Shown: positions 1 through 13,680 of the stretch, in pieces | Layout of the letters: each line of letters begins with the position of its first letter | Numbering within the stretch: the first letter of the stretch is position 1 | Program-made: the position numbers and the translations under genes | Notes under the pieces: model-generated | Databases searched by the model: none | Seen by the model: the letters and a program-made list of their open reading frames with translations, nothing else | Told to the model about the DNA's origin: nothing | Assembly (NCBI RefSeq): GCF_036321535.1 | Contig: NC_087437.1 | Coordinates: 36,954,001-37,018,000 of the forward strand | Length of the DNA: 64,000 bases | Source: Camelus dromedarius | Taxonomy: Eukaryota | Direction: 5' to 3'

Positions 1-340
1 CTTCTTCCTTTACAAGCCCTTTCTTTCTTTCTTTGCCTAATTGTTTTGGCTAGGACTTCCAAAATTACAGTGAATAGAAGTGGTGAGAGTGGGCATCTTT
101 GCCTTCTGTTAATTTTAGAGGAAAAGCTTTCAGTTTAGCACCATTGAGTATGTTATTAGCTGTGGGTTTTTTATATATGGACTTTATTATATTGAGACAA
201 ATTCCTTCTATGCCCAGTTTGTTGAGGATATTGTATTATGAAAGGATGTTGAATTTTGTAAAATGCTTTTTCTGCTTTTATTGAGAAGATCGTGTGATTT
301 TTTTATTCTTCCTTTTGTTAATGTACTATATCACAATGAT
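1..340 (-). mobile_element. L1 (LINE-1) ORF2/RT-region fragment, runs off window edge
   Basis: Antisense L1 ORF2 text, e.g. GGCTAGGACTTCC...GAATAGAAGTGGTGAGAGTGGGCATC...GGAAAAGCTTTCAGTTT...CCATTGAGTATG. Confidence 0.9.
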
Positions 341-1084
341 TAGTATTGATTTTATTTTTGAATTTGTATATCTTAAGTAAGTTCTGATGGAACAGTGCAA
401 CATGGGATGGGATATCAGAACTTATGGTAATGTGTGGACCCTTTTCCATAGCCTCTGATCTCTGTAGGAGGGATCCTCAGCTGCCCATTCCCTCACTTTC
501 TAGTGTCACAGGACTACCCAGCTTTCCAGTCCCAAAGCCCTACCCAGAGAGTGATTCTTATGGTCTTCAGCCTGGGCTCAGGCTCTGGGAGGGTGAGGAT
601 TGGGCTCATACACCTCACAGAGTCTGGAGGAGGGGCATGGTGGCAGTAGTTCTCTCTCGGGCTGGCAGTTTCTGGCCCAGGTACCTAGGTACATAGCATG
701 TTCCAGGGCAGAGGCTGCAGTATCCTTGGGGGTCAGTCACCTGTTGTGTGTTCCTGCATCTGGCCTGTAGAAAGAGATGACTGTCTCCCTTCCCCACTTT
801 GATAGGGTCAAGGCTTATCAGTTCAGTGATTGGCAGGAAATGAATGTAGCATTCTTCAAGCCAGAACATGTATGTGTGCACCTCGCCTCCGCATGCCTAC
901 TCCCAGGTTAGAGAATTTTTCATAAGTATCCTGTGCTTCAGAGGGCTTTTCCTCAGACCCTGTCAGTGCATAGGAGGACATTCTATCTCTCTTTTCAAAC
1001 TTTCTGAATCTGTCATGTATTAGTCTGTTTTGGTCAGCTCAGGGCACACTCTACAGAAGAACAAAGAAATACAGATTGTGTAAT

Positions 1085-1377
1085 TTTGATGATTCCACAT
1101 AAATGTTAAATGCTCAGATATTTGCATTTGAAAGCTGCATTGCAATATATAGAGATCAATTTCATGCTAATAATTTAAGTTTTTAATTTTTCTTCACTTT
1201 GAAAAACATGAATACCAAATAAAAAAACACTGTGGCTAAATGGAGGAAAAAAAGACTACAAAAGAAAGAAAATGACCTCATTTTTAGTACCTATAACAGC
1301 CCTTTTCTCCTGTTTTGGAGCAAGGGACTCTGCATTTTCATTTTGCATGAACCTCACAAATCATGTCCCTGATCCTG
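1085..1377 (+). mobile_element. MER45-like hAT-Tip100 DNA transposon remnant
   Basis: 3' end GAGCAAGGGACTCTGCATTTTCATTTTGCATGAACCTCACAAATCATGTCCCTGATCCTG resembles the MER45 terminus; 5' boundary uncertain. Confidence 0.6.
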
Positions 1378-1404
1378 AGTGAAATGTATGCTGATTATTA
1401 AAAC

Positions 1405-1510
1405 TGTTTTCCTCAGGACGAAGCTGAGGCTCAGAGAGATTTGGTAATTTTGCCAGCATCACAAGATGTTAAATAGGAGTGTCAGAAATGGTAACAAAGT
1501 CCTCTGATCC
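1405..1510 (-). mobile_element. MIR SINE core fragment
   Basis: GAAGCTGAGGCTCAGAGAGATTTGGTAATTTTGCCAGCATCACA resembles the antisense MIR core. Confidence 0.65.
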
Positions 1511-3501
1511 ACGAACATATGCTCTCAAACACTGTGGCATAATAATTCATCCCTTGTAGTTAAAATGGAAAGTGATGATGATGATAATGATGATGATAAT
1601 GGCGGTCGTGCTATCACTACCACTGATAAAAATGATGATTTGAATAATGAGTCAAGATTTGAATCTAGACAGATTCTATAGTATCTTCTAAATAATTTAA
1701 GTGACAGAATATGCACAGACTAACAATTAAGAACTTCTATCTCTATACTTTGTGGCTCACATATATTATAAGTAAAAATATATTTTATATATTATTATTA
1801 TTTACCTAAACAGGAAAGCAATTCAATCTTTCAATTTCTGTTAGCTTTAGTTTGCTTGTTACCTACCATCTTAATGTCATATAATGACCATAGGTATGTG
1901 GAGTGGATGGTGATCATCACCATGTAGATGTTTACATCAGAAGATTTCTAAGTGAGGCAGTGACTATATGGCTAAGTCTTTGTGTAGATTTTCAAAGGAC
2001 TTGGCTATCCTTTTTCATCTTCATATCTAAATGTTTCAAAACTAACTTGGCAGATGTCCAGGTACCTAATGGGGTAGTCCAATTATGAAAATGGGTTTCA
2101 TTATTTTTGTCTCCTGTTAAAGATACAGAAATAAAGAGAATGAAAGGATTTTAGTACAACTATTTACTATGGTGTGATGAGTTTCTAATCAAACTTATTT
2201 TAGCACTGAAAACCATGACTTGTACTCATTTCATTGAGGAGAAGGGTAGGAAGAAACAAACATAACTTTATAACCATAACCTCAATAATAATAATCACAT
2301 ATGAATATGCTTAGCATGTAATGAACAGTTGCTTAATCTTTACCATCTCAATTCTTGCTGGTGTCATGTTTGTAAGGAATTTCTTATCCCACCAATGAGA
2401 TTGGTTGGTAGAACCAGAATTGAAATTACATGTTAGCCCTGGAAAGGAGAACTCAGATTACTAGATTAAAATTCTTTCCTTTTCAGATAAGGATTTCATA
2501 TATAAAAGGATTTATATCCTTATTAAATTGATACAATTTGCTAGTGGCAGAGACAAGACTTAGAAACTTACATTTCCAGTTCCAAAAGCTGGAAATAATT
2601 GTAATATGGACCTCACAGGATACTTTCTGCTTGAGTCTTCAAGTACCAGATAAATAAATACTCTATATTCTTGACTAAGAGTACCTATGTGGGTGGTTTT
2701 ATTTTAATTTTTGACATGTTACTGTGATGCTGTGAATCAAATGACATATAAGAATTCTTTTTTTTCCTGTTTTCTGACAATTTTGATCTTTACATCGTCA
2801 TTTTGTCCACTGAGTTTTCTATTTGTCACCATAAATACATTTTAAAGTAAGGAATTAATAAAGGTTAAAAAGTCAACATAAAATATTATATAATGAGCTA
2901 ATTTTTTTAATTGAGAGAAAAGAGTAATTATTAGAGAATTAAATAATTTTATAAGTTTTGGAAAATTTAAGGTGATTACATAAATACATGATATCACCCC
3001 ACGTATGGGAGGTCTCTGTTCTAACCACTCAAACTATTGCTTTCTTCTGTGAACAGGATAGTTGTCTCCCATTTGTTTTAGGTGGAAATTAGGTACTTCA
3101 TCTTTTTGTGCCAAGAGTAGACATGTCACCTAGTCCTCAACAACCAGTGCACAATCCTCCCATAGACAAAAAGATTAGTTCAAGTTCAGACACATAGCCT
3201 AAACTGAACTACTGTATCTCAACTATTTTTCTTGAGGGTATATGGAAAGAATTGCTTTCTTTTCGTTGAGGTTGTTCACTTTAGAAATAAGCCTACAGCT
3301 CTAACCATCCAAATTCTACCGCATCTAATTCTTTTCTCCTTTAAGGATAAAACTGAAGGACAAAAACCTAATTTAATAAGGTAAATCCAGCATTTATTGT
3401 GCAATGTAGTATGTACATGGAATACTTAAGAGATTGTAAGAATATGAATGAAATAAGATATATGCTTTAAAAAAAATAGGATTCTGGAAGAAGTAGCATT
3501 T

Positions 3502-3895
3502 TATTGTAGATTGAATTTTTACGTCTCTCCAAAACTCATAGGTTGAAGTCCTAATCTCCAGTGTGATGGTATTTAGAGATGGGGCTTTGGGGAGGTAATT
3601 AGGGTTAGATGAGGTTATGACAGTGGGAGATCCTGATCTGATGGGATCAATGCCTTTATAAGTAGAAATACCAGGGGAGAGACACATGAGATCTTGCTCT
3701 CCCTCTGCATGTGAGGGCACAAGAAGAAGCTGGCCACCTACAAGCCAGGAGGAGAGCTTGTACCAAACCTGACGATACTAGCACCCTGATCGTAGACTTT
3801 TAGCCTAAAGAACTGTGAGAAAATAAATTTCTTTTGCTTAAGCCACCCATTTTATGATACTTTGTCATGATAGCCTGAGCTGACTAATAAATACA
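3502..3895 (+). mobile_element. MLT1A-type MaLR solo LTR
   Basis: GTTGAAGTCCTAATCTCCAGTGTGATGGTATTTAGAGATGGGGCTTTGGGGAGGTAATTAGGGTTAGATGAGG...AGAACTGTGAGAAAATAAATTTC; 5-bp TSD CATTT at 3497-3501 and 3896-3900. Confidence 0.9.
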
Positions 3896-4471
3896 CATTT
3901 CAAAAAATTTTATTTTAGTTGAGGAGTCTAGGAAATATTTCAAATTCATTGAGAAGCACTTTTCTGAATCTGTGAGATAGACCTGAGGAAAAGTGCACTG
4001 CAAGTTATCTCACTTTATTATCTCAGGGTATTCTAGGTCAATTATATAAGTTAATATAAGCTTATTATCTAAATGTAACTCTTGTATCATAAGAAAAAAT
4101 CATCAATATACCTACATAAATTTTTCCTTGTTGCTACTCATCTTAAGGGATTACTCTGCATTATACTCCTAGTATTTTAATAATGTATAGATGATATATG
4201 TTTAATATATTGTATATTCTAGTGTATGTATATATGGCGTGGAAACAGAAAGAGAGGGAGAGAGATTTGGGGACTGGTGTTTTAAACACTTACAGCTTTC
4301 TGTTACAATTTGATTGATGAGATAGACTTAATCTTTTATTTCCTTTCCTGTCTCCTTTGGTCATTCATCTACTAGAGGAAGTTTTCATATTCCTAAAAAA
4401 ATCATATTTTATGATACCATTTTAACTTCAAACACTCCATTTTTTGGACAGATACGTGAGTTGATTATTGA

Positions 4472-4808
4472 GATCGCTCATATGTGGAATCTAAAAAAAA
4501 AACCCAACCAAACAAAGCATAAATACAAAACAGAAATAGACTCACAGACAGAGAATACAAACTTGTGGTTGCCGAGGGGGCGGGGGTGGGAAGATATAGA
4601 TTGGGATTTCAAAATTGTAGAATAGATAAACAAGATTATACTGTATAGGACAGGGAAATATATACAAGATCTTATGGTAGCTCACAGAGAAAAAAATGTG
4701 ACAATGAATATATATATGTTCATATATAACTGAAAAATTGTGCTCTACACTGGAATTTGACACAACATTGTAAAATGATTATAAATCAATAAAAAATGTT
4801 AAAAAAAA
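4472..4808 (+). mobile_element. Young, 5'-truncated L1 3' UTR with AATAAA and A tail (camelid-type)
   Basis: ATGTGGAATCTAAAAA...ACAGAAATAGACTCACAGAC...GCTCACAGAGAAAAAAATGTGACAATG...CAATAAAAAATGTTAAAAAAAA. Confidence 0.9.
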
Positions 4809-5199
4809 GACTTTAATATCTCAAGTAAATTTGCATTTTAAAATAAGACAGTATTACAAATTTTCTGTATGCTTTTCATAACCATAGATATGTTAAATGT
4901 TATCAGTAGATAGGAGGCATTTAGAAGATTTACTTCTAGTTATGGATAAAATCATTTGTGGTATGAACACATCAGCCCTGCCTAGAAAAATATTTATTCA
5001 ACAAGCATCTCATTTACATACATGTCTGCCTTGTAGTCTCATGCCCTGTCAAAATACAATTAATGTAGTTCTAGAACACAAGGGATATTTGATTTTCTCA
5101 TGGCTGGATCCCCTTTACCAAGTACACCTAATAGCTTTCCATTATATCATCTCTTTAGAGGGTGATGAATGAAACGTTTTAAAATTAAAGTCTTGAGGT

Positions 5200-5338
5200 A
5201 AGGGTTACCAGATTTAGCAGATAAAAATACAGGATACTCAGTTAATTTTATAGTTTTGAGGAAAATCTAATACTAAAAAAATTATTCATTATTTATCTGA
5301 AATTCAATTTTAATCCTGTATTTTATCTGCCAAGTCTA
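5200..5338. mobile_element. MER53 palindromic DNA transposon (internally deleted)
   Basis: Starts AGGGTTACCAGATTTAGCAGATAAAAATACAGGA, ends TCCTGTATTTTATCTGCCAAGTCTA (inverted termini). Confidence 0.85.
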
Positions 5339-5839
5339 CCTAAGTAATATTTCTTTAAAACTTCAAAAACATTCATTTTTAATCAGATATCAGGTATTTA
5401 GTAATTTTTACCTAACATTTTGATAACTTGCTTTAGTCCCAAAGAAAAATTAATTATGAACTTAATTTTGAGATCATTTCTTAAATAACTGTTTTTAAAG
5501 TTTGGCAAAGCTTAACGAAAGTTAATGCAGTAGTTTTTGAGACAGAGTTACTTGCAAACATACGTACCTGATCTTTACTGTCTTCTGCAATAAATGCCAA
5601 GTGATTGTGATTAAATTGTGATATGTGATTCTATGACTGTCTTGTCTATTTAAAGGCTATTTTGCTAAAGAAATCTGCAGAATGCAATTTTTAAAATATG
5701 CATATAAATGCTTTTTTTTAAAGTTTGCACCTGACAAATAATCTGTAATGATGTCAGTGTAAGTGATTTTTAAAAAAGATTCTATCTAAAATAATTAGAA
5801 TGTAAGGTGTGCCCAAAGTTCACTAATGACTTAGTACCA

Positions 5840-6266
5840 TAGGTAGTAATTGCTAACAAATCACATTTCCCTGTGTCCATGCAATTATATAGCCCCTTAC
5901 ACCACTGACTGTGGCTTGGACACGTAACTCGCTTTGGCCAATGAGACAGTATCATTTCTGCATTGAGATTAAACCTTTGTGGTTCTCTCAGCTCCATTTG
6001 GGGAAACCTCAACTGCCTAGTGGAAGATGGGATTTGTGGAGCATAGAAAGGTGGTCCTACTGAGGTCCCTTAGACCATTGACCCCCTGACCAACAGACTG
6101 ACAGCAGCTGTATGAGTATCCCCAGTCAGACGCTACCAGCAGAAGAACTGCTCAGCTAAGTCCAAATCAAATTTCTGACCCACAAAATCACAGCAAGTTA
6201 AATGTTCTTATTTTAATCCAGTAAATTCTGGAGGTGGTTTGTTGTGCAGCAATAGGTAACTGATAT
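5840..6266 (+). mobile_element. Old MLT1 (F/G/H-like) MaLR LTR
   Basis: GGCTTGGACACGTAACTCGCTTTGGCCAATG and 3' end GGTGGTTTGTTGTGCAGCAATAGGTAACTGATATA. Confidence 0.8.
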
Positions 6267-7078
6267 ACTCTATGTTTTTGATTATCTTTAGGAATGCATT
6301 ATTAACACATCATGTTAAACTGACGGATAATTATAAGTACACCAGATTTTGCTATGAGCCATAGCAGCATCCTGACTTAGTATTTGTCTACGTGCCTGCA
6401 TGATCTACAGAGCAGTTTCTCTTGGAGTGAGTTATTGTAGAGTCCTCTGGCCTCTTTGGACTCGCCCTGCTGATACTGCCAGTAAGGGTTTTAGTAACAG
6501 TAATATTGTTGATACTGTGCTTTTCTAGCTTCTAGTAACAAAGTAGAGACAAGCCAATTCATTTCAAGTTAGCTGCTACGATAGTTGATAGATGGTAAGA
6601 GTGATAAATACCTTAATAATTTAGAGTGGAATAAATCTCCTATTAGTGAAACTTATTAATAGTACTAAGAGCCATAAATTGCTCTACTTTCCAATAAACG
6701 CCTGTGCCAAATTGTGGTAATGTAGAACGAACAGTTTTAGAAACATTAAGTGTTTTCACTTGACTAATGTTAGGTATTTTAGAAATATGCATATTTCATT
6801 ATTTTAAATAATTTGAAAGGAGAATCATTTAAAATTCATGTTTCCTGCCTTTTTCTGAGAAAACTGAATCAATGGGGCAATCATAAACAGGTTTAATATT
6901 TTTAGGGGTAACTTTTATCTCCTTCAGTCTCTTCCCTTTCTTTAAAAAATCTCAAAATACCTTAATTGTATGCAAGTCATTCATCTTATTCCACAGTTTG
7001 AAAGCACTGGTGCCAAGAACTCTAATAAGCAGTGGCATTGGGGAATTTGATATGAAGGATGTGGATTTAAGATACAAG

Positions 7079-7136
7079 AAATATATAAATAATTAACATT
7101 CAAGAAGTTCAAATATATAAATAATTAACATTCAAG
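7079..7136. repeat. Perfect 26-bp direct duplication
   Basis: AAATATATAAATAATTAACATTCAAG at 7079-7104 and 7111-7136, spacer AAGTTC. Confidence 0.95.
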
Positions 7137-7439
7137 CAGAAATAAATTCAAAGTTTAATGGAAGAAATGTTCATAAGCTAAAAATGGCTTATATGTTTAA
7201 ATCAATATTTCTCTCTACCTTCCAGTAAAAATTCATGAAAAACACAAAGATTCTTATTATTGTGAAACTTCTAAACATAAATGGAAAATAAATAATAGTA
7301 TAAGAGCCAAGTCAGAAAGTAGTTTCCTACAAATATATAAAACTTAGGTCGGCTTCAGACCTCTCCATAGCATGTTTATTATTCTGCCTTCAAAGTAACT
7401 GAACAGAATGTATACAGTTTATGTCATAAAGTGACACAA

Positions 7440-7760
7440 TTCCAGGCACTATGTAAGATCAAAGGATAAATAAAACATGAGTGTTGGCTTTAGATTTCTC
7501 TTAACATGATGAGAGAGAGAGGGAAATAAACATAAAAGTCACTGGAAATTCAGAATGTAAGACAATATTGTAGTAAATTCTATAATACAAAGTGGTAAGA
7601 AAATACAGATGAAAGAAGATTAATTCCAAATGGGAAGTTTTCAAAATGATTCATGGAGAAATAACGTTTCATCTTCCCTTCCCTCATCTCTCTTGATACT
7701 GGGGGAATTCAAAGGACATTCCTAAGCAAGCACAGCTTGAATGGAAGAACTGAGCTGGAA
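7440..7760 (-). mobile_element. Degenerate L2 fragment
   Basis: CCAGGCACTATGTAAG...ATAAATAAAACATG and downstream L2-like antisense text. Confidence 0.5.
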
Positions 7761-10109
7761 ATTACAAAGCCCAAAAGCATTGGACTGTAGGGAGTAAGAG
7801 GAGGTCCTCCTTGGGTTTCAAGTACACAGAGATGTTGATACCATTAGGCTTCAAGGAAGCCTCAAAGTTTGATTGGTTAGCACCCCCTTGTCTGCAAGTT
7901 GCCTCCTGCTCACCCCAGCATGAGTGTCCTCACTACTGCTTTCTTTTCATGCCCTGGCGTTGACGAAAATGAGATGCACTAAGTGAAGCAGAAGCTGGAC
8001 TGAAATACTGAACCGTCTGACTGCTGTAAAAAATGGTTCACAATTAATTTTATGAAAGAAGGAATCATGAAAACATTTGAAGCAAAGGTTTGATACGATT
8101 AAATGGTTATTTTAGATTAATCTGTAAATAACGTGGAAAACAGACTGAAATGGAGAAATGTGTTCACCAGAGAATTGTTGGGGAGCAGAATGGACAAAGG
8201 TTTGATGGAGGTGTTAGTCTGAGGGAATAACATGGAAGATATTTCAGAGATATTATTTTAGAAGATACAGGTTGATTACAGGTAATACTTGGAAATATGT
8301 TAAAAAAATGCAGTAAAGAAAGTAAACATTTTAACCACCCGAATTTTAATGTGATTTAATTTCTACAACAACCCCTTGAAATAGATTTTATAAAAAATGT
8401 ATATACCCATTTAAAGATTAAAAACACTTGGGCCACAAATACAAAGTTTTTTGCAGAAGGTCAGATAGCAAATTAGAACCTAAGAACCTACATCCCCTAA
8501 CAATTCTATATTTTTTTAATAATATAGCTTTTTAAAAAATCATGCCATAACTTCTTGGAGTGACAAACAAAAATCAGCAAAAACTTTACTGAATTAGTTC
8601 AGTATAATCTTAAACGTTACTTGAAAATTTTCATAGTTAAAAATATGAGAAACTGTCATAGTTTTTAATGGTAGGAGCATCCAGTTAAACAAAAACAGCT
8701 CAAAAAAGAAATGCTGTATTTCTGTTTAAGACATCTTTTGTCTTTGTTCTAGTAAATTAGGTATTTCACTGTGAGCATGGTACACAATCTGAATTCTCAA
8801 AGAGCTTCCTCCCCACCCAAGGAAGAAGAGAAGATATATATTAAAATAAGCAGTTGGGAAAATGTTATTCTTAGAACAAAATGCTTCCTCTAACTACAGT
8901 TTATTATCTTCACCCGAATTCCCAAAAGCCAGCAATAGTCACACAACTTTAATACACTGGCTCTGTAACTGATAATGACTTTTCAGAAACAGTGTCTGTA
9001 ACTTAGTTTTTATGGCATTATTTCGCTTACTACCTTATGTTGATCTTGGTGACTCGATTCATATGTTTCTCTCACCAGGATCCCTAATTAATACACTTTC
9101 CTCTTAAACCTAGCATCTGAACAGTAAAATTTCCTCTCCATATTGAAAAAACCAAGCTTTATCTTTAAGGTCTCCTGTATATTTCAATACTTAGGGTTTT
9201 CAGAAATTCTATTACAAAGGAGAGCTTCCTGCAGAAACCATTCCTTGCAAAGGAAGTACCCGATACTTGCACAGTGATCTGAAAGTGTAACGTTATTTTT
9301 TTAAAAAATGTATAACCATATTTTCTAGGGACTGTTGTTATTTGTCAAAATGCCTTAAATCTCTGTTGCAAAAAGTTTGGTAACTTTCCACTTTGGATAA
9401 AAGTTTCAGGTTTAAGAATATAAACTCTGTATTTAAAAATAAATTTTTGTTCTAAATGAACTCAGTAGGGCCCAGTATATAGTAATTTACTTAATTGAAA
9501 TAAGGCTCAGTAAATTGACTGCTGTATGACATTTGTTCCTAAAAATACTGTTTTAGTTAAGGACTCTAATTATATTTAACAAAAAAAAAATCATGTATTT
9601 GATCTGCCTGTTTTATTTTTTCCCCAAATAGGAATCCTTTAAATGCAGAAAATAATTCATACAATTTAGGAAATATATATAATAAAATTCAATGTAATTT
9701 CATTTGAAAGTATTTAAAGACAATTGGGTGAAAATATTTTTTCTACCATAAACTGAAAAATGAAATATCTATCTATAGGCTAAAACATGACAGTAAATAT
9801 TTTTGATTTCTCCTTGCTCCGATACCTCTCCTTAAAATTCCTGATTAAATTTTTTAGGACTGTACACTTATTTCTGAGATTAAAAAAAATCAAAATATAC
9901 TTAAAATGAACTATTACAATAGATATACCCATATATAAAAATTAAACAGTTATTCAAATATGTATATGTAAGATATTATAAATGTAGATCTAGGTACTGC
10001 AAGATTCTGGTATTTACTTGCATTTTCCTTTCACAGGGTGATTAGTGAAGCCCCTTGCACCTTGTGAAGATACTGATGTCTTAGCTTTGGTTTCTATTTA
10101 TTCACTTTT

Positions 10110-11939
10110 TTTAACTGAAGTATAGTTGATGTACAGTATTATTACAGGCTAACAGGTGTATGATATTGTGATTCATAATTTTGAAAGATTATATTACATT
10201 TATAGTTATTATAAAATATCAGCTATATTCCCCATGTTGTACACTATTTCCTTGTAGCTTATTTTAAACATAATAGTTTGCTCCTCTTAATCACAATGCC
10301 TATCTTGCCCCTCCCCCTTCTTTCTCCCCATTGATAACTACTAGTTTGTTCTCTGTATCTGTGAGCCTGCCCCCTTTTTTTATATTCATTAGTTTGTTGT
10401 ATCTTTTAGATTCCACATATAAGTGATATCATAATGTCTGTCTGTCTGACATTTCATTTAGCATTTTCCCCTCCAAGTCCATCCATGTTTTTGCAAATGG
10501 CAAAATTGCATTATTTGTAATGGATGCGTAGTATTCCATTTTTTAGATATGGGTGTGTGTGTGTATGTACACACCACAATCTTCTTTATCCATTCATTTG
10601 TTGATGGACACTTAGGTTGCTTCCATACCTTGGCAATTGTAAATAAAGCTGCTATAAACATTGGGGTGCATGCATCTTTTCAAATTAGTGTTTTTGGTTT
10701 TTTTAAGGTATTTACCTAAGAGAGGAATTGCTGGGTCATATGGCAGTTCTATTTTTAGCTTTTTGAGAACCCTTCATATTGTTTTCCACTGTGGCTGCAT
10801 CAATTTACATTCTCACCAACAGTGTAGGAGGGTTCCCTTTTCTCCACATTCTCACCAATATTTATTATTTGCGTTCTTTTTGATGATAGCCATTCTGACA
10901 GGTGTAAGGTGATCTCTCACTGTGGTTTTGATATGCGTTTTTCTGATGATTAGTAATGTTGACCATCTTTTCATGTGCCTGTTGACCACCTGTATTTCCT
11001 CTTTGGAAAAAAATGTCTATTCAGACCTGCCCATTTTTGATCAGGTTGTTTGTTTTTCTCATGTTGAGTGTATGAGTTGTTTATATATGTTGGATATTAA
11101 CCCCTTATTGTTCATATCATTTGCAAATATTTTCTCCTGTTCAGTAGGTTGTCTTTTCACTTTTCCAGTGGTTTCCTTTGCTGTGCAAAAGGTTTTAAGT
11201 TTAGTTAGTTTCTATTTGTTTATTTTTGCTTTTATTGCCTTTGCTTTAAGAGACAGATCCAAAAACAAATATTGCTACATTTATGTCAATGAGTGTTCTA
11301 TGTTTTCCTCTAGAGAGTTTTATGGTTTTTAGTCTTACATTTGGGTCTTTAACATAGTTTGAGCTTATTTTTGTTTATAGTGTTAGAGATGTTCTAATTT
11401 CATTCTTTTACATGTAGCTGTCCAGTTTTCCCAGCACCACTTATTGAAGAGACTGTCTTTTCTCCATTGTACATTCTTGCCTCCTTTGTCATAGATTAAT
11501 TGACAATAAGTGCGTAGGTTTATTTCTGGGCTATTCTGTTCCATTGATCTACGTGTCTGCTTTTGTGCCAGAATCATACTATTTTGATTACTGTAGATTT
11601 GTAGTGTAATCTGAAGTTAGGAAGCATGATTCCTCCAGCTCTGTTCTTCTTTCTCAAGATTGTTTTGGCTATTTGGGGTCTTTTGTGTTTTCATACAAAT
11701 TTTAAAATTATTTGTTTTTAGTTCTGTGAAAAGTGCCATTGGTATTTTGATAGGGATTGAATTAAATCTGTGGATTTCCTTGAGTAGTATGGTCATTTTA
11801 ACAATATTAATTCTTCCAATCCAAGAACGTGGTGTATCTTTCCATCTGTTTATGTCATCTTCAGTTTCTTTCATCAGTGTCTTACAGTTTTCTTAGTAGA
11901 GGTCTTTTACCATCTTACATAGGTTTATTCCTAGATAAT
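10110..11939 (-). mobile_element. 5'-truncated L1 (ORF2 C-terminal part + 3' UTR), ~1.8 kb
   Basis: Minus-strand frames translate to L1 ORF2 ([64 protein letters not shown]); 15-bp TSD TATT(T/C)ATTCACTTTT at 10095-10109 and 11940-11954. Confidence 0.97.
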
Positions 11940-12029
11940 TATTCATTCACTTTTGATGTCCCAGTGTAACACAAACACTCTAAACAAATGATCTACTACA
12001 TTTTACTAGTGTTTGCTAACTTTCAGGTT

Positions 12030-12600
12030 CATTCACACATTATGAAATCAGCTGTCACTTATGAGCCAGGCTCTGTGCTACTTACTAGGAATCCAGTAAT
12101 GAATAAAATAGATCAAATTCCTGTATTTAGAGCACTTTTATAAGACAGCAGAATGTGATAGTTGAGAGGATAGATTTTGGGGCCATTTGCCTAGTTCAAA
12201 TCCTAATTCCTAGATTATGTTCAGCTGTGTAACTTTCAGTGTGTTAGATAATCTCCTTACAGTTTAGTTACTTCATTTGTAATATGGGGATAATTGTCAA
12301 TCTCTCATATGGTTAAATGAGTTATTCTAAATAAAGTGCTTAGAGCAATGCCTGGCACATAGTAGCCCCCATATATATGTTATCTAAGTTTTAAATATTT
12401 GTAGGGAAGGTAGTCTGTAGACAAATAAAAACATAATTAATATACCAAGCAATAGAGAGTGACAAATTTTTGATTATCCTCTCTGATAAGTGAATGGGAA
12501 CCATCTGGGAGAAGAGCATTCCATGCAGAGTGAACATTGAGTGCTGGAGTCCTTGAAGGAAAATAAAGAATCTGAATGTGGACAAGCTAGAGAGGAATAG
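12030..12600 (-). mobile_element. L2 fragment interrupted by MIR
   Basis: ATGAGCCAGGCTCTGTGCTAC...GTAATGAATAAAATAGATCAAATTCCTG; resumes after 12390 (ATCTGGGAGAAGAGCATTCCATGCAGAG). Confidence 0.65.
12148..12388 (+). mobile_element. MIR SINE (near full length)
   Basis: GTTCAAATCCTAATTCC...CTTCATTTGTAATATGGGGATAAT...AAAGTGCTTAGAGCAATGCCTGGCACATAGTAG. Confidence 0.85.
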
Positions 12601-13504
12601 TAGCTAAGGTTTTGTTGTTGTTGTCCTTGTTGTTAACTCTAGACACCTGGATTCAGCAGCCACAAATACTGTTTATCTGATGAAAACCATTCTTTCTCAA
12701 AATACCACTCAAATCTTTGACTAGAGCCCGATAAATGTTTAGGATTCCATGTATCATGATATTCCCTGAAGTTAAAAGGGTGTTACCATCTCTGGGAAAA
12801 GAATGGAACTCAAAGAATCATGATGGTTTGCTGACTTCGGTGAAAATCATGATAAAAGTCATTGGTCCCAAGCTTTTCAAGTCCTTTAACTGAAAACCTC
12901 TCTAGATTCCATTTCTTAGTACTTCCAACCCATTTTTTATCCCTTCATATTGTTAGTGACCTAAAAGGATGGGTAAACTGATGGGTAATCTGGTTAATGC
13001 TTTGAATGGTCTTAATGAGTAATGTCTTCATTGAAAGGTTTTAAGTAGATTTGTCTCTTATGCAGGCCTTCTCAAGTACCATCCTATATATTGCTGACAG
13101 GTTAATAGTCCCAAAAGCAATTTTTACTGAAATTTAAACATGTTCTATATACCTTCTTTGTCTCCAGAATAATGTCCAATCTTCTAGTCAAATTCAGTTT
13201 CTGAAATTTGGCCAAGCCATTTGTACAAATGTGCCTGTAACTACAGTCACTTATTAACTCAAGCTGCCTTAAATTAGACATTGAATTTTCCTGACCCACT
13301 AGGCTTTGTATGATATCTGTACACTATTCATGAAGTTCCTTCTGTTTTCCACTATCTGTAGCTTTTCTTAGCTTCCAAGTGGAGATTGAATGTCCCTTCC
13401 TCCAAAAATCTACCCGACTCCTACTTGTTAAAAATAACAGGTTGTTTAAGGGTATTGATAACCCTGGGCATGTGCTTCTTACTTTAAATATCTCATAGGC
13501 AAAA

Positions 13505-13680
13505 TAATCTAGTGGTTAAGAGCATAGAAATTTGGAATTAACTGACTTTGGTTGAGTATGGACTTCTCTGTTACAGCTGTCTGTTTTTGATCAGGTAACT
13601 CAATATTTCTAAGCTATGTTTTCTTTCTCTGAAAAATTTTTAGTCTATCTTTTGAAGCTTAACACAGTGCCTGGTATTCA
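13505..13680 (+). mobile_element. MIR SINE
   Basis: TAGTGGTTAAGAGCATAG...TTGGAAT...AACACAGTGCCTGGTA. Confidence 0.7.

Noticed and set aside
7079..7136. CRISPR-like direct repeats
   Set aside because: Only two copies, 6-nt spacer, mammalian context, no cas genes
9204..9290. Possible plus-strand exon (TTTTCAG|AAATTC..., KFYYKGELPAETIPCKGSTRYLHSDLK)
   Set aside because: Weak donor, unrecognised peptide, no partner exons
10458..11896. ORFs with clear protein similarity (also 33327-34379 and 63060-63308)
   Set aside because: Frameshifted L1 ORF2 remnants or their antisense frames, not host genes
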